64,000 bases of DNA from an uncultured virus (IMG/VR IMGVR_UViG_3300031993_000054) (taxonomy: Duplodnaviria; Heunggongvirae; Uroviricota; Caudoviricetes). Every line of letters starts with the position of its first letter. The first letter of the stretch is position 1. Shown here one piece after another: positions 45,830-55,541 of the stretch. The stretch is taken from the IMG/VR virus record IMGVR_UViG_3300031993_000054. One strand, written 5' to 3'. The notes under the pieces were generated by a model that worked only from the letters and a program-made list of their open reading frames with translations, ran no database searches and had not been told where the DNA came from. A program made the position numbers and the translations under genes.

Positions 45830-48800
45830 CTACTTTATTGCAATGCAGTGACTATTTGTATTTGCGTTCTTCGATGTGCGGACGCTGCGGATCATCTCGG
45901 TCAGCGATGCGATGTTCTCGTCCAGGTGCTCCATCTGGGTCCGGAATTTCTCGTCCCCGAAGGTGCCTGACGTGGTTCCGGCAGTGCTCGTGGACGCAGG
46001 AGCGGCGGCAGGAGTCGTGGAAGCCCCAACCAGGGCCGCACGGATGGCAGCAACGTCTGCGCTGATGGTGGGCACGTAGGACATGTAGAAGTTCTGAGTG
46101 TTGATGCCAGCAGCCAGGCCGTTGATGCTCTGCTCAGAGGCGCCAGCGATGTCCTTGCTGATGCCGGTGAGGTTGGAATCCAGGCCGCGCATGTTCACGC
46201 CATACTTTGCGAGGTTCTGCATCAGGGCGGTCATAGAGGCATTGGCCTGGTCGATGACGGTAGCAGACATGGCCGCAATCTGGGCAATATCCTGCTCGGA
46301 CAATTCGCCGCCCTCATTAGCCAACTGGTCAATCTTATCGAACACGGGCTGGAGGATCTTCTGCATGACGGCGGCCGCCAGGGACTCAGTGACCATGCTC
46401 TGAATCATCTCCTTGAACTTATCCTTCATGGCGCCGGTGGTGGACGCGAAGGTCTGGTAAGCCTCAATCCATGCTTCCGCAAAGTCTCGGGCCGCAGAGG
46501 TGAGGTCCGTGCCGGAGAAGTGCTCAGACAACTGAGTCTCCATCTCCTTCAACTTCTCCTCGGCCTCCTCGATGTCGTCCAGCCATCCCTCAATCTTGTC
46601 CTCGTCCGTCTTCTTACCCTTGCTCTGTTCGGCCGCAATCATCCTATTGTATGCAACGATCTTGGCCTTGAGGACTTCCTGCTGTGCATTGAAGTCAGAG
46701 ATGTAGTCAGCGCCAAACGCCTTCTCCATCGCCTTATCCAGCCGGTCATATTCCTTCTCCAGGTTCTTCACCACCTTCTCCTGGGCCGCTATCTCGCGGT
46801 TAGCCTTCGCGGTGCTGAGGTTGCTCATGATCATGGCGAGGGCGGCCACCGATGCGATGATGGCCGAGATGGCCAGCACAATCGGGTTGGACTCCAGCAT
46901 GGTGAACATGGCGTTGATGAAAATCAGCGCGGTTCCAACCAGTGTGAGGCCGGCGGCGATACCGGAGAGCACAGCCTGGCCGTCGCTCAGTTCGTCCAGA
47001 TTGAGCATGTCGGACACAGTGTTGACAATTTCAGAAAGCGTGTTGAAGGAGTCACCAACTTCGGCAACACCCTTCTTTGCCTTCATAAGAGATTTCTGGG
47101 CTGAATCCTGAGCCTTCTTATACTCGATTGTATTCTTCTTGCCCTCCTTCTCCAAGCGATTGGCCGTCTTCTTTGCCTTGGCATACGCCTGCAACTCCTT
47201 GATGATGGTCTTGTAGGAATTACCACGGCTTTGCACCTGCGTCTCGGCCTTCTCCTTGGCCTGGGTGACAGTCTTGAGGTCTTCCGGGCTGGCCGTAGCA
47301 CCTGCCTTCTGGATGTACTCGTCAAGAAGAGCGATGAGGCCCTCCAGTGTCGCCGTGGAGACGTTCTCCAGGTCCTCGAAAGCCTTGGTCCACTCATAGG
47401 TAGCCTTGAGTGCTTCGAGTTCGATCTGGGCCGTTTCTTCGCCTTCCTTCTTCTGGGAAGCAGCCTGGGTCTCGGCAGATTCCTTCTTGATGGCACTCGT
47501 CTGGGTTTCAGCCTTAGCCTTGGCCTCTGCTTTTGCCTTCACCTTCTCAGGCTCGGACACATCGCTGGCTTCAATCCGGGCAATCTCCTTCTGATACTCT
47601 TCCTCAATGCGGGCAAGTTGCTTCTTCTCCCACTCCTGGATCTCGACACGCTTATTGGCCTCGCGGGTCTTGACATCAGTAATGCGCTCCTCGAAAGACT
47701 TGGACTTCTGATACGTCTTTACCAGGTCGTTGACCCAGGAGGCGTCATGCTTGCGCACCTCATCGGCAATCTCGCGGAGGTGCTTCTGCATCTCCTCTGG
47801 GAACTTATCCATGTTGGCCAGGATGTAGTCAAAATCCTGGTCTCCGAAAGCCTTGCGCATAGCATCGTCGAGGCCAACATCAGGCATGTCATTCAGTTTC
47901 TCCAGGGATTCGTTCAGTTGCTTCTGGATAGACTCGGTAAATCCTTCAACACCTTCTCCGCCATAGACAGAAAGGGTGAGAGTCATAGCGAGGTCCTGAT
48001 CGCCGGTAGCATCGAGGAGGCCGGAATAGAAGTTGCGAATCTCAGCACTACGCTTCAATTCCTCCTTCATCTTCTTGAAGGCTTCCTCGAAATTCTTGGT
48101 CATCTGGGTGGTGTCGAAATCGGTCTTCGCATCCCACAGAGACTGGAGCAATTTCTGGAAATCACGGAGGGCCTTCGCCTTGTTGCTGCTGCCTGTGATT
48201 TCCTTGGACAGGAAGGCTGTCAGGTTGTTGCCGGCGCCATGCTTCTGGGCCTTCTTGAAAGCCTCGTCAATGGCGTCCTGATACCACTTGGAAAGTTCCT
48301 CTGCGGCACGCTTCTGGTCAGCAGCGCTGATGCCAAGAGAGAGGCCACGAGTTTCCATCGTGGAAGACTCCTGGCCGAGAGCACCAGCCTTGCCCATGTA
48401 CTTTGCGAGGTTGTCGTATCCCTTCTTGAAGTCCTGCATGAATTTCATGCGGTCCTGCATGGTCTGGATGAAGGGGTCAGCCGTATATCCCTTGCCACCA
48501 TTATCCTTGACAAGATCAAGAGCGTTGAAGTCCTCCAGGATCTTCTTATACATCTCCTGCATCAGTTTAGCGTCAGCAAGAGACTGCTCGGTCTGGGCGC
48601 GACGGGCGCCGGTAGCCTTGACCATCGCCTTCGTATAGAAATCGACGAGAGCGGTCTGGGCCTCATACTCCTTCGCGACCGCCTTGAGGGCATCGCGCTG
48701 GTCGCCGAATCCTTCAATCTGGTCCTTCGTGAGAGCCTTCACCTTGGTGTTGGTGCTCTTGAGGGTGGTGGTGTAACTGTTCAACTGGCTACGCCAGGCG

Positions 48801-51214
48801 TCTCCAAAGAAGTCAGGAAGGGGCGGGCCGATGAGGTCGTCAGACAGGCCCTGCAAAGCCTTGTCTGCATCATTGATTGCTTCCTGAAACTCTCCAATCT
48901 GCTTGTTGAGTTCCATAAGGCGCTCACCAAACTTTGCGCGGTCTTCATCGGAAAGATTGACTTCCTGGTATGTGCCGCTTGCGCCGTACATACCGGAGCC
49001 GGTCTGTACATACTGGAGTTTGGTGCCGCTCTGGAGTTGAGCAATAATCTTGTTCCGCTCCTCGACCAGATCTGCCATGCTGTTCTCAGCACGCTGCTTG
49101 TCGAGTTCCATTTTGAGGCGGATTGCCTCTCGGGCCTCCTTGTTATTCTCGCGGATGGCCTCAGTATTCAGAGCAAGGGCGCCGGTCTGAGCGTCGGTGC
49201 CATTGATTGCCTGAGGATAGGCCCGGCCCAGTTCTTTTGTGACACGGACGAGTTCGTCAGTCTCCTCCTTGGTCCGGTCCGCCTTATTGGCCAACTGATC
49301 GTACTTGTCGCACAGTTTGTCAATATCATCGGCATGAGAAGATGCCTTATTGAAAGACTCGACGGACTTCTGGAAATTGTCAATAGAAATCCTCGATTCA
49401 TCGGACTTCTTGGCGAGTTTCACAAGAGCATAGATGAGCGCGGCAATGGCTGCTGCGGCCAGTGCATACGGATTCTTGAGCATCGCAGCAAGCATCCGAT
49501 AGAGGGCCTTCGTAAACAGGTTCGTAGCCATCATTTCACGAGTCTTGACGGCCACATAAGCATTACCGAGTGTGATGGAAAGTTTCGTTGCTGCGGTCTC
49601 GCCGAAGATGGCAGCAATCAGTTTGCTCCGGCTTACAGTGTTGAGTTCAAGGGCAGATATCTCTGCAACCTCAGCAGCCGTAAGAGCGTTCGCGGCAACC
49701 CGGGCATTGGCAACCACAATCTTGTAGGCCACGATGGATGCAACGAGACCTTTGAGCACCTTTCCAGTCTCGCGCCAGTTCTGCATCAGGCGCATGGACG
49801 TGGCCAGAAGGTCCGTCATGGCCTTATGTACGGTGCCGGTGTTACCGATTTCATCGTACATGATTGATGCGGCATCCTTCAACTTCATCCACTGTCCCTT
49901 GAGGGTTTCAGACTGCTTCTCCTGCATCTTGTAGAAGATGCCGCCGGCATTGGTCATGTCCTCGAAAATCTCCTTGATCATCGAGAACGGAACCGCACGC
50001 TTGGAGATAAGGTCAAACACCTCTGCCGTCTTCACAGTGCGGCCATTCAGTTTCGTGAACTTCTCGGCCAACAGATCCACGAGAGGGATGCCGGCCTCGG
50101 TGAACTGACGGAGTTCCTGACCACGCAGAACAGCAGCGGCACGCACCTGGCCGTAAGCGAGCACCAGGCGAGACATGTCAACGCCAAGACCGGCAGAGAT
50201 GTCCGCCAGGCGCATGGTGACGTCGAACAGATTCTCCGTCTCAATGCGGTATGCAGACAACTGCTTCGTGAAGGAAACGAGGTCTTTGATCTCGAACGGA
50301 GACTGGATGGCGGCCGCCTTCAACTGCTTGAACAGTTTTTCGGCACGCTCCGTATCCTGAATGATACCGCCGAGGGCAACACGTTGCATTTCAAACTCGG
50401 CGGTAACATTTCGGACATTCTGTATGAATCTGGTAGCGGAGTGGAGCGCGACAAGAGTTGCCGACCCCTTTATCAGGGCCAGCAGGTGAGAGTTGGACTG
50501 AGCAAGGCCGGCGTTCCACCTCTGGATGGCCTCATGGCCACGGCGGAAACCAGCAGCCATCTCGATGGCGGCCTTGTTGCTGAGGTCAACGGCCACGCCA
50601 ACCTGGCGAGCCTTAATGCCCATCCGGTCAAGTTCGATGGAGCAGGCCGCAAGGAAAGTCCTCGTCTCTTTCAGTTTTATATTGACGTCATCAATCTGCC
50701 TCTGATACTTGGACACATTGACACGCGGATCGAGTCCGCCGGTAGCCTTTCCAGCGAGGTTTTGCTTCCTCTGCAACTGGTCCAACTTGGCGGTATATTT
50801 TGTGATTTCTGCCTCAGCACGCTGCATGTTGAGCGTAAGGACGTTGCCCATAGTGCTCGATGCGTTGCCGACGCCTTTGATTTTTGTTTCAAGGAGTGAT
50901 GCCGCCTCAAGGAGTTCCTTTTCCTCCGCTTTGAGTCCAGAACCAAGCAGACTGAAACCGCCCTTGGCGGCCATCTTGTTGATCCTGGCATTAACCTGGT
51001 CGAGAGCAGACTGGAACTGAGCCAGGGTGGTCCTCGGCTCATCGAACAGTTCAATCAACGCCTTCTTGGATTTACCAATCTTGACATCTATGAAGAGAGA
51101 CATCGGAGCGGAGTTAATCACGTCCTCCAACGGCTTCATCGAAGTTTTTACTCGGCCAGCAGCCTCCTTGAAAGCGGCATCTATATCAATTACAACAGGT
51201 ATTTCAACTGCCAT
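45830..51214 (-). CDS. tail tape measure protein
   Basis: 1794 aa, Ala/Lys/Glu helical; tape-measure domain (SPFEIKDL...LAYGQV...ELRQFTEAGIP). Confidence 0.93.
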   Translation of the reverse strand: MAVEIPVVIDIDAAFKEAAGRVKTSMKPLEDVINSAPMSLFIDVKIGKSKKALIELFDEPRTTLAQFQSALDQVNARINKMAAKGGFSLLGSGLKAEEKELLEAASLLETKIKGVGNASSTMGNVLTLNMQRAEAEITKYTAKLDQLQRKQNLAGKATGGLDPRVNVSKYQRQIDDVNIKLKETRTFLAACSIELDRMGIKARQVGVAVDLSNKAAIEMAAGFRRGHEAIQRWNAGLAQSNSHLLALIKGSATLVALHSATRFIQNVRNVTAEFEMQRVALGGIIQDTERAEKLFKQLKAAAIQSPFEIKDLVSFTKQLSAYRIETENLFDVTMRLADISAGLGVDMSRLVLAYGQVRAAAVLRGQELRQFTEAGIPLVDLLAEKFTKLNGRTVKTAEVFDLISKRAVPFSMIKEIFEDMTNAGGIFYKMQEKQSETLKGQWMKLKDAASIMYDEIGNTGTVHKAMTDLLATSMRLMQNWRETGKVLKGLVASIVAYKIVVANARVAANALTAAEVAEISALELNTVSRSKLIAAIFGETAATKLSITLGNAYVAVKTREMMATNLFTKALYRMLAAMLKNPYALAAAAIAALIYALVKLAKKSDESRISIDNFQKSVESFNKASSHADDIDKLCDKYDQLANKADRTKEETDELVRVTKELGRAYPQAINGTDAQTGALALNTEAIRENNKEAREAIRLKMELDKQRAENSMADLVEERNKIIAQLQSGTKLQYVQTGSGMYGASGTYQEVNLSDEDRAKFGERLMELNKQIGEFQEAINDADKALQGLSDDLIGPPLPDFFGDAWRSQLNSYTTTLKSTNTKVKALTKDQIEGFGDQRDALKAVAKEYEAQTALVDFYTKAMVKATGARRAQTEQSLADAKLMQEMYKKILEDFNALDLVKDNGGKGYTADPFIQTMQDRMKFMQDFKKGYDNLAKYMGKAGALGQESSTMETRGLSLGISAADQKRAAEELSKWYQDAIDEAFKKAQKHGAGNNLTAFLSKEITGSSNKAKALRDFQKLLQSLWDAKTDFDTTQMTKNFEEAFKKMKEELKRSAEIRNFYSGLLDATGDQDLAMTLTLSVYGGEGVEGFTESIQKQLNESLEKLNDMPDVGLDDAMRKAFGDQDFDYILANMDKFPEEMQKHLREIADEVRKHDASWVNDLVKTYQKSKSFEERITDVKTREANKRVEIQEWEKKQLARIEEEYQKEIARIEASDVSEPEKVKAKAEAKAKAETQTSAIKKESAETQAASQKKEGEETAQIELEALKATYEWTKAFEDLENVSTATLEGLIALLDEYIQKAGATASPEDLKTVTQAKEKAETQVQSRGNSYKTIIKELQAYAKAKKTANRLEKEGKKNTIEYKKAQDSAQKSLMKAKKGVAEVGDSFNTLSEIVNTVSDMLNLDELSDGQAVLSGIAAGLTLVGTALIFINAMFTMLESNPIVLAISAIIASVAALAMIMSNLSTAKANREIAAQEKVVKNLEKEYDRLDKAMEKAFGADYISDFNAQQEVLKAKIVAYNRMIAAEQSKGKKTDEDKIEGWLDDIEEAEEKLKEMETQLSEHFSGTDLTSAARDFAEAWIEAYQTFASTTGAMKDKFKEMIQSMVTESLAAAVMQKILQPVFDKIDQLANEGGELSEQDIAQIAAMSATVIDQANASMTALMQNLAKYGVNMRGLDSNLTGISKDIAGASEQSINGLAAGINTQNFYMSYVPTISADVAAIRAALVGASTTPAAAPASTSTAGTTSGTFGDEKFRTQMEHLDENIASLTEMIRSVRTSKNANTNSHCIAIK

Positions 51215-51533
51215 GTTTATTTTCCTCCTCGATTATGAAAGATTGCAATTTATCATCCTCGGTGTCATCTTGAACCGGCAGGCCAAAGTTACGAAGAATT
51301 TGGTTAATTTCCTCTTTGGTCTTGCGGGTATTAGACACCAGAATCAGTTTCTCCTCCTTCTCGTAGTCGTAGTCATAATAGCCCTTGTCAATGAGCATCA
51401 TCTGGACGAAATTGGCGGAGTCCAGATACCAGTATCGGAACCACGACCAGAAGTTGTAGTTCCCATAAACACCCTTGATTCTTTCGTTGTGAGTGGACGC
51501 CTCGAAGGCCGACGTTACTTGTCGTCCTTTTTT
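51204..51533 (-). CDS. tail assembly chaperone, -1 frameshift extension
   Basis: Open frame reached by -1 slip at A_AAA_AAG (51527-51533). Confidence 0.75.
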   Translation of the reverse strand, partial: KKGRQVTSAFEASTHNERIKGVYGNYNFWSWFRYWYLDSANFVQMMLIDKGYYDYDYEKEEKLILVSNTRKTKEEINQILRNFGLPVQDDTEDDKLQSFIIEEENKHGS

Positions 51534-52042
51534 ATCCCCAAAGCGTCCTTCTCCAACATATTTATCACATTCTCCAGCCTCTCTTGCGCTTCTTTGGCGC
51601 ACTCGCCAACCGGCCTCATAAACAGTTCTCGTTCCTGCCTTGAGAGTTGCCAGTTGGCTGAGGAAAAACCCACGTCTTCACTGACGGCCCCCACTCCGTT
51701 GATCTTGAACGTTACCTCATTCCCACGGAGTTGCAGGATATGCCACTTGAGCCACCAGAGCGGCTTCACAAATATGGCCCAGTTCCCGAGCAGGTAGTAA
51801 GCGGCCTTCTTGGCGTGGAGGGAGTAGAGTTTCTTGGTCAGATTCTTCGCATCCTTCTCAGCAACTCCCTGCTTGCCCTTGATCTCCAGGACCTGCGCTT
51901 CCTGTTCCAGCAGCGCAATACGCTGCTTGACTGCTTGCGACACCTGGCGCACCTTGTACCGGCGGCCGCCGGCCACGATGGTACAAGGCGCCTGGGTGAC
52001 GGTTTCATACTCGCCGAGCAGGAACTTATCTGCTTTCTGCAT
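51515..52042 (-). CDS. tail assembly chaperone
   Basis: Upstream of TMP, slippery heptamer just before stop. Confidence 0.75.
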   Translation of the reverse strand: MQKADKFLLGEYETVTQAPCTIVAGGRRYKVRQVSQAVKQRIALLEQEAQVLEIKGKQGVAEKDAKNLTKKLYSLHAKKAAYYLLGNWAIFVKPLWWLKWHILQLRGNEVTFKINGVGAVSEDVGFSSANWQLSRQERELFMRPVGECAKEAQERLENVINMLEKDALGIKKDDK

Positions 52043-52925
52043 AGTATTTGCTCAGCATTTTGTCCAACTCGGGGATCCAGCCTGCGGGAGAGTTCTGAAT
52101 CCAGATCTTATCCTTAAAGGCTTTCTCGATGCACCAGATGCGAGGATTGCTCCTATACACTCCGCACTTGAAGTTGTCAGTGTCAAAGTGGAGGGTGAAA
52201 GGAACACGGGTCGCGAAGTAGGTGTTGAAGTAGATGTTTTCCACCACGTAGGACTGATGGTCGCAATCGTACTTGTCGTAGATGGCGAACAGTTTGTCCC
52301 ACTCGTAGTACACCGGAAGATGGCAAATCCAGTTGCGGATGGGCAGACCTTCGCGGACGCACAGTTCCCTGGTCTTGGCCAGGTCACGCTGCCATGCGTT
52401 GCTGCTGTTCGGGTCGCCCTTCATGTCGCCCTCCAGAATCTTCGGAAGCAGAACCTCCTCCATGCTAAAATCGTTGACGGCGTACATGTCGTCGCAAGCA
52501 TAGATGAAGCCTTCCGTGTCCGGGAAGCGCTCGCGCACCTTGCGGAACTTGTTCACGTGGTCGATGTGGCACCTGTACTGGCCGGGGATCTCGTCAACGC
52601 GAGGGCACTCGATGAAAACGATATCATCGCCGGTATCCACGATGGGATGATAGTCGCCGACAATCACGATGACATGGGGCTTCTTGAAGTGACGGCGCCA
52701 GCCGGCAACCGCATACTCAAGTTCACGACCCTGGGCACCTTCGGCCAGATACGGGATTACGACGAGGACTCTGGGGTCCTTCTCGGGCACCAGTTTCGTC
52801 TCCTTGGGTTCCACCTTGACTTCTTCTTCCACCTTTACTTCCTGAGTAGGGGCAACAGGTTCCTGGACCTGTGTCTTTTCCTCTGCGGGCTTCTTTTCGC
52901 CCTTCTTCTTATTACTTTCTGCCAT
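52026..52925 (-). CDS. glycosyl/phosphotransferase-like protein (GT-A or Stealth-like) in tail operon
   Basis: VVIPY...ELEYAVAG...IVIVGD...FIYACDDMY; E/K/P-rich N-terminal extension. Confidence 0.55.
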   Translation of the reverse strand: MAESNKKKGEKKPAEEKTQVQEPVAPTQEVKVEEEVKVEPKETKLVPEKDPRVLVVIPYLAEGAQGRELEYAVAGWRRHFKKPHVIVIVGDYHPIVDTGDDIVFIECPRVDEIPGQYRCHIDHVNKFRKVRERFPDTEGFIYACDDMYAVNDFSMEEVLLPKILEGDMKGDPNSSNAWQRDLAKTRELCVREGLPIRNWICHLPVYYEWDKLFAIYDKYDCDHQSYVVENIYFNTYFATRVPFTLHFDTDNFKCGVYRSNPRIWCIEKAFKDKIWIQNSPAGWIPELDKMLSKYYAESR

Positions 52926-53009
52926 AGTATTTTAAGATTTGATAAAGAAAAAGAGGGGCGGGGATCTGTTCAACCCTCCACCCCTCGGATTTAGGTTCTC
53001 TACACGAGA

Positions 53010-53663
53010 TTAGGCGCCAGCGCCGGAGCCGCTACCATTTCCGTCGAGGGTCTCTGCGGAGATCCCACCATCAGCGTAGGCAACCTCGTTGCCAGCGAAG
53101 ATAGGCATGACGGTCTTGAGGTTGGCGGTATCGACGTACTCGGCGGTCACGACCACGTGGATCTTCCAGATCTTGTCGCCCCATGCGAGGGAGCCGGCCA
53201 TCTTGGCCTTCGGGAAGAACAGGGCCTTGTTGCCCTCGTCGTTGGTGATCATGATAGGACGGGTCTTCACGGGGAGTTTGTGACCGAAGCCATAGACCTT
53301 GTGAGTACCGTTGCCGAACACGGCGGTAATGCCGGACTCGGAAGGAACAACTTCGACGGCGCCGAGGAACACCTTCAGGAAGTCGGGTTCCAGGTCGGCC
53401 AGGTCGAAGGAGAACTGGTGCGTGCCGTTGGTGGCGGTGGAGGTGATGACGTCTCCCTGTTCATCCAGGAGGTTGTTGAAGGAGACCTGCTCACCATCCC
53501 AGGAAGTAGAGTCCTGAACTACCTGGCCAAGGCTGGCGCCGTTGGTCAGAAGCTGGGCGATGGTGGTATCGTTGGTGATACCAGCGGCGGGCATGGAGAA
53601 GACGATGATGTCACCCTGCCCGGCGATGAGCTGCTGAGAGCTACCAAGATTCTTTACAGACAT
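53010..53663 (-). CDS. major tail (tube) protein
   Basis: 217 aa, after head-tail genes, strong codon bias, followed by a hairpin. Confidence 0.7.
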   Translation of the reverse strand: MSVKNLGSSQQLIAGQGDIIVFSMPAAGITNDTTIAQLLTNGASLGQVVQDSTSWDGEQVSFNNLLDEQGDVITSTATNGTHQFSFDLADLEPDFLKVFLGAVEVVPSESGITAVFGNGTHKVYGFGHKLPVKTRPIMITNDEGNKALFFPKAKMAGSLAWGDKIWKIHVVVTAEYVDTANLKTVMPIFAGNEVAYADGGISAETLDGNGSGSGAGA

Positions 53664-53689
53664 AGTTTATTGCGAGATTAAAGATTTCG

Positions 53690-54181
53690 TTATGCGCCTT
53701 CCCCGGAGCCAGAGCCGGAGCCTGGCTCAGGTTGGGCATTGAAATTGCTGTTCGTATGCCACAGGAGGTTGAGCGTGGTGATGCTGTAACCGGAAGCCTG
53801 ATTCGGTGTGGTAGGTGTAATGTAACGTTCGTCCTCGAAGTAGAAGAAGAAGTTCTGAGTGTTCCGCTTGTGAACCAGGGTCTCGAATTGCTCCAGGATC
53901 CTGTCTATCCTCTGGCCCTTGATGGAACCATCATTGTTCATCTTGCAGTAGAGACTCACTGCGACGGCGCCTTCCGCGTAATTGGCCTTGGGGCCAGGTC
54001 CGCTGATGTTGCCATTGATGTAGATGACGATGAAATCCGTAGGCAGACCATTGGTGGGGCGCTCCCAGTCGCTGTAAACAACGACCTTCTCAGTGCCGCC
54101 ATCGGCCTTACCAACTACGACCTTCCCGTCGAGGAAGTCACGCAGTTCCCTATCGGGATGTATGGAAGACATCTTTATCAT
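53690..54181 (-). CDS. putative tail terminator / completion protein
   Basis: Synteny; C-terminal GSGSGSGEGA. Confidence 0.55.
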   Translation of the reverse strand: MIKMSSIHPDRELRDFLDGKVVVGKADGGTEKVVVYSDWERPTNGLPTDFIVIYINGNISGPGPKANYAEGAVAVSLYCKMNNDGSIKGQRIDRILEQFETLVHKRNTQNFFFYFEDERYITPTTPNQASGYSITTLNLLWHTNSNFNAQPEPGSGSGSGEGA

Positions 54182-54723
54182 TTGAATCTCCTCATTGCTG
54201 CCGGAGCGGGTTTCGCTCCAGGGTGAACTTTGATGTACTTAAGAACCTGGACGCTGGTCTGCATCTGGTTCGCAAAGTGGCCTTCAAGGGTTTCAAGGTA
54301 GCCACGATGAGTCGGTTTCTCATTGACACCTTCTGCATAGGGGACTGCCACGAACAAGGTGCCTGACACCCCGGTCTTCGGATAACTGTTCTTACGGACG
54401 GCCCGGATGGCTTCGTCCATACCCCAGATTTTCTTTCTGTCCGGAGCGTTCTGCGGCCTTGTCGCTTCTTGAGGCATGTAGAGAGCACGCACAACTCGAC
54501 CACTCTGAGCAACGGCCACGGCGATACTGTCATGGAGGTTGGCCGTGTAGTAAGGGAGCACATCCTTGTTGGCCTGGACGAAATCGAGGAAACTGTTCCC
54601 CGCGTTCGTGAAGACCTGCTGGGCGGCCTTGTTCACGCCATCGGCGCAAGAGAGCAACTCGATCTCGAACTGCCTTCTTGCGTTTTTCCATCCTTGCAGA
54701 TGTCTGCCGTGACTGTAAGCCAT
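54178..54723 (-). CDS. putative neck/tail completion protein (HK97 gp10-like)
   Basis: TANLHDSI...VPYAEGV pattern; synteny. Confidence 0.55.
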   Translation of the reverse strand: MAYSHGRHLQGWKNARRQFEIELLSCADGVNKAAQQVFTNAGNSFLDFVQANKDVLPYYTANLHDSIAVAVAQSGRVVRALYMPQEATRPQNAPDRKKIWGMDEAIRAVRKNSYPKTGVSGTLFVAVPYAEGVNEKPTHRGYLETLEGHFANQMQTSVQVLKYIKVHPGAKPAPAAMRRFK

Positions 54724-54725
54724 TG

Positions 54726-55064
54726 TTAGTCTCCTTGTGCTTGCTTTAACTCGATTCTCGTGCACTTGATGTTCGCCTGCCAGGGCAGGTTGATGTCGCG
54801 GACAATCTCGGCGATGGCCTTTATCTCGCGACCCTGCTCCGTGGTCACGGCGATGGCATCGTTGATTGCGACCATGACATCATTACCGGGCAGATAGACA
54901 GTGGGATTACGGGTGATTATGCTCCTGGAGTACCCGGTGCCACCTTCCTCGTAGAGGCAGGGGCCGGAGTAGATCTCCTGGGGCGCAATCTCGTTGTCCC
55001 ATTTGTCGCGTCCACCGTTGTCCCTGGTGATGACGCAAGTGTCACGAAAGTCAATGATCTTCAT
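54726..55064 (-). CDS. putative head closure protein
   Basis: 112-aa beta protein; synteny. Confidence 0.55.
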   Translation of the reverse strand: MKIIDFRDTCVITRDNGGRDKWDNEIAPQEIYSGPCLYEEGGTGYSRSIITRNPTVYLPGNDVMVAINDAIAVTTEQGREIKAIAEIVRDINLPWQANIKCTRIELKQAQGD

Positions 55065-55522
55065 TACCTCATCCTCAATGCTGTGGCGTCATACATTTCG
55101 CAGGCGGTAGAGTCGTCCTCAGGGACTTCCCATCCCCACTTGCGGCGGAGGTCGTCGCCAAGCGCCTTAAACCGTGCGCGGTCGGCCATCGTGATGGTGT
55201 AACCGCCCCGGGAAGCGCGGACGTCTCCAACCTGTTCGGAGTATCCGCCTCCTGCAAAAACACCGCACACCGAATAGTAAACTGTCGAAGATGCGTAGTC
55301 AAGACGCATATCGAAATCGGTGTCATCGGTCCTCTCGCGGCGCTCGGTGTGAGTTCCAGAGCCTTCCTCGTCAGGAACTTCTACGTCAACATAATCGACG
55401 TCCTCATTCAGGTCGAGTCGGGCCAGACCGACCTCCTTGGGGCTACGTGCGGCGCGAGCCACAACGTTCTCTTGGAGGTCAAGTCCGGGGACCAGACTAC
55501 GCAGGTATTCTTCGACAGTCAT
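55064..55522 (-). CDS. putative head-tail adaptor
   Basis: Directly after MCP; SEQVGD motif. Confidence 0.55.
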   Translation of the reverse strand: MTVEEYLRSLVPGLDLQENVVARAARSPKEVGLARLDLNEDVDYVDVEVPDEEGSGTHTERRERTDDTDFDMRLDYASSTVYYSVCGVFAGGGYSEQVGDVRASRGGYTITMADRARFKALGDDLRRKWGWEVPEDDSTACEMYDATALRMR

Positions 55523-55541
55523 ACTTCTTCGGATTTATTGG

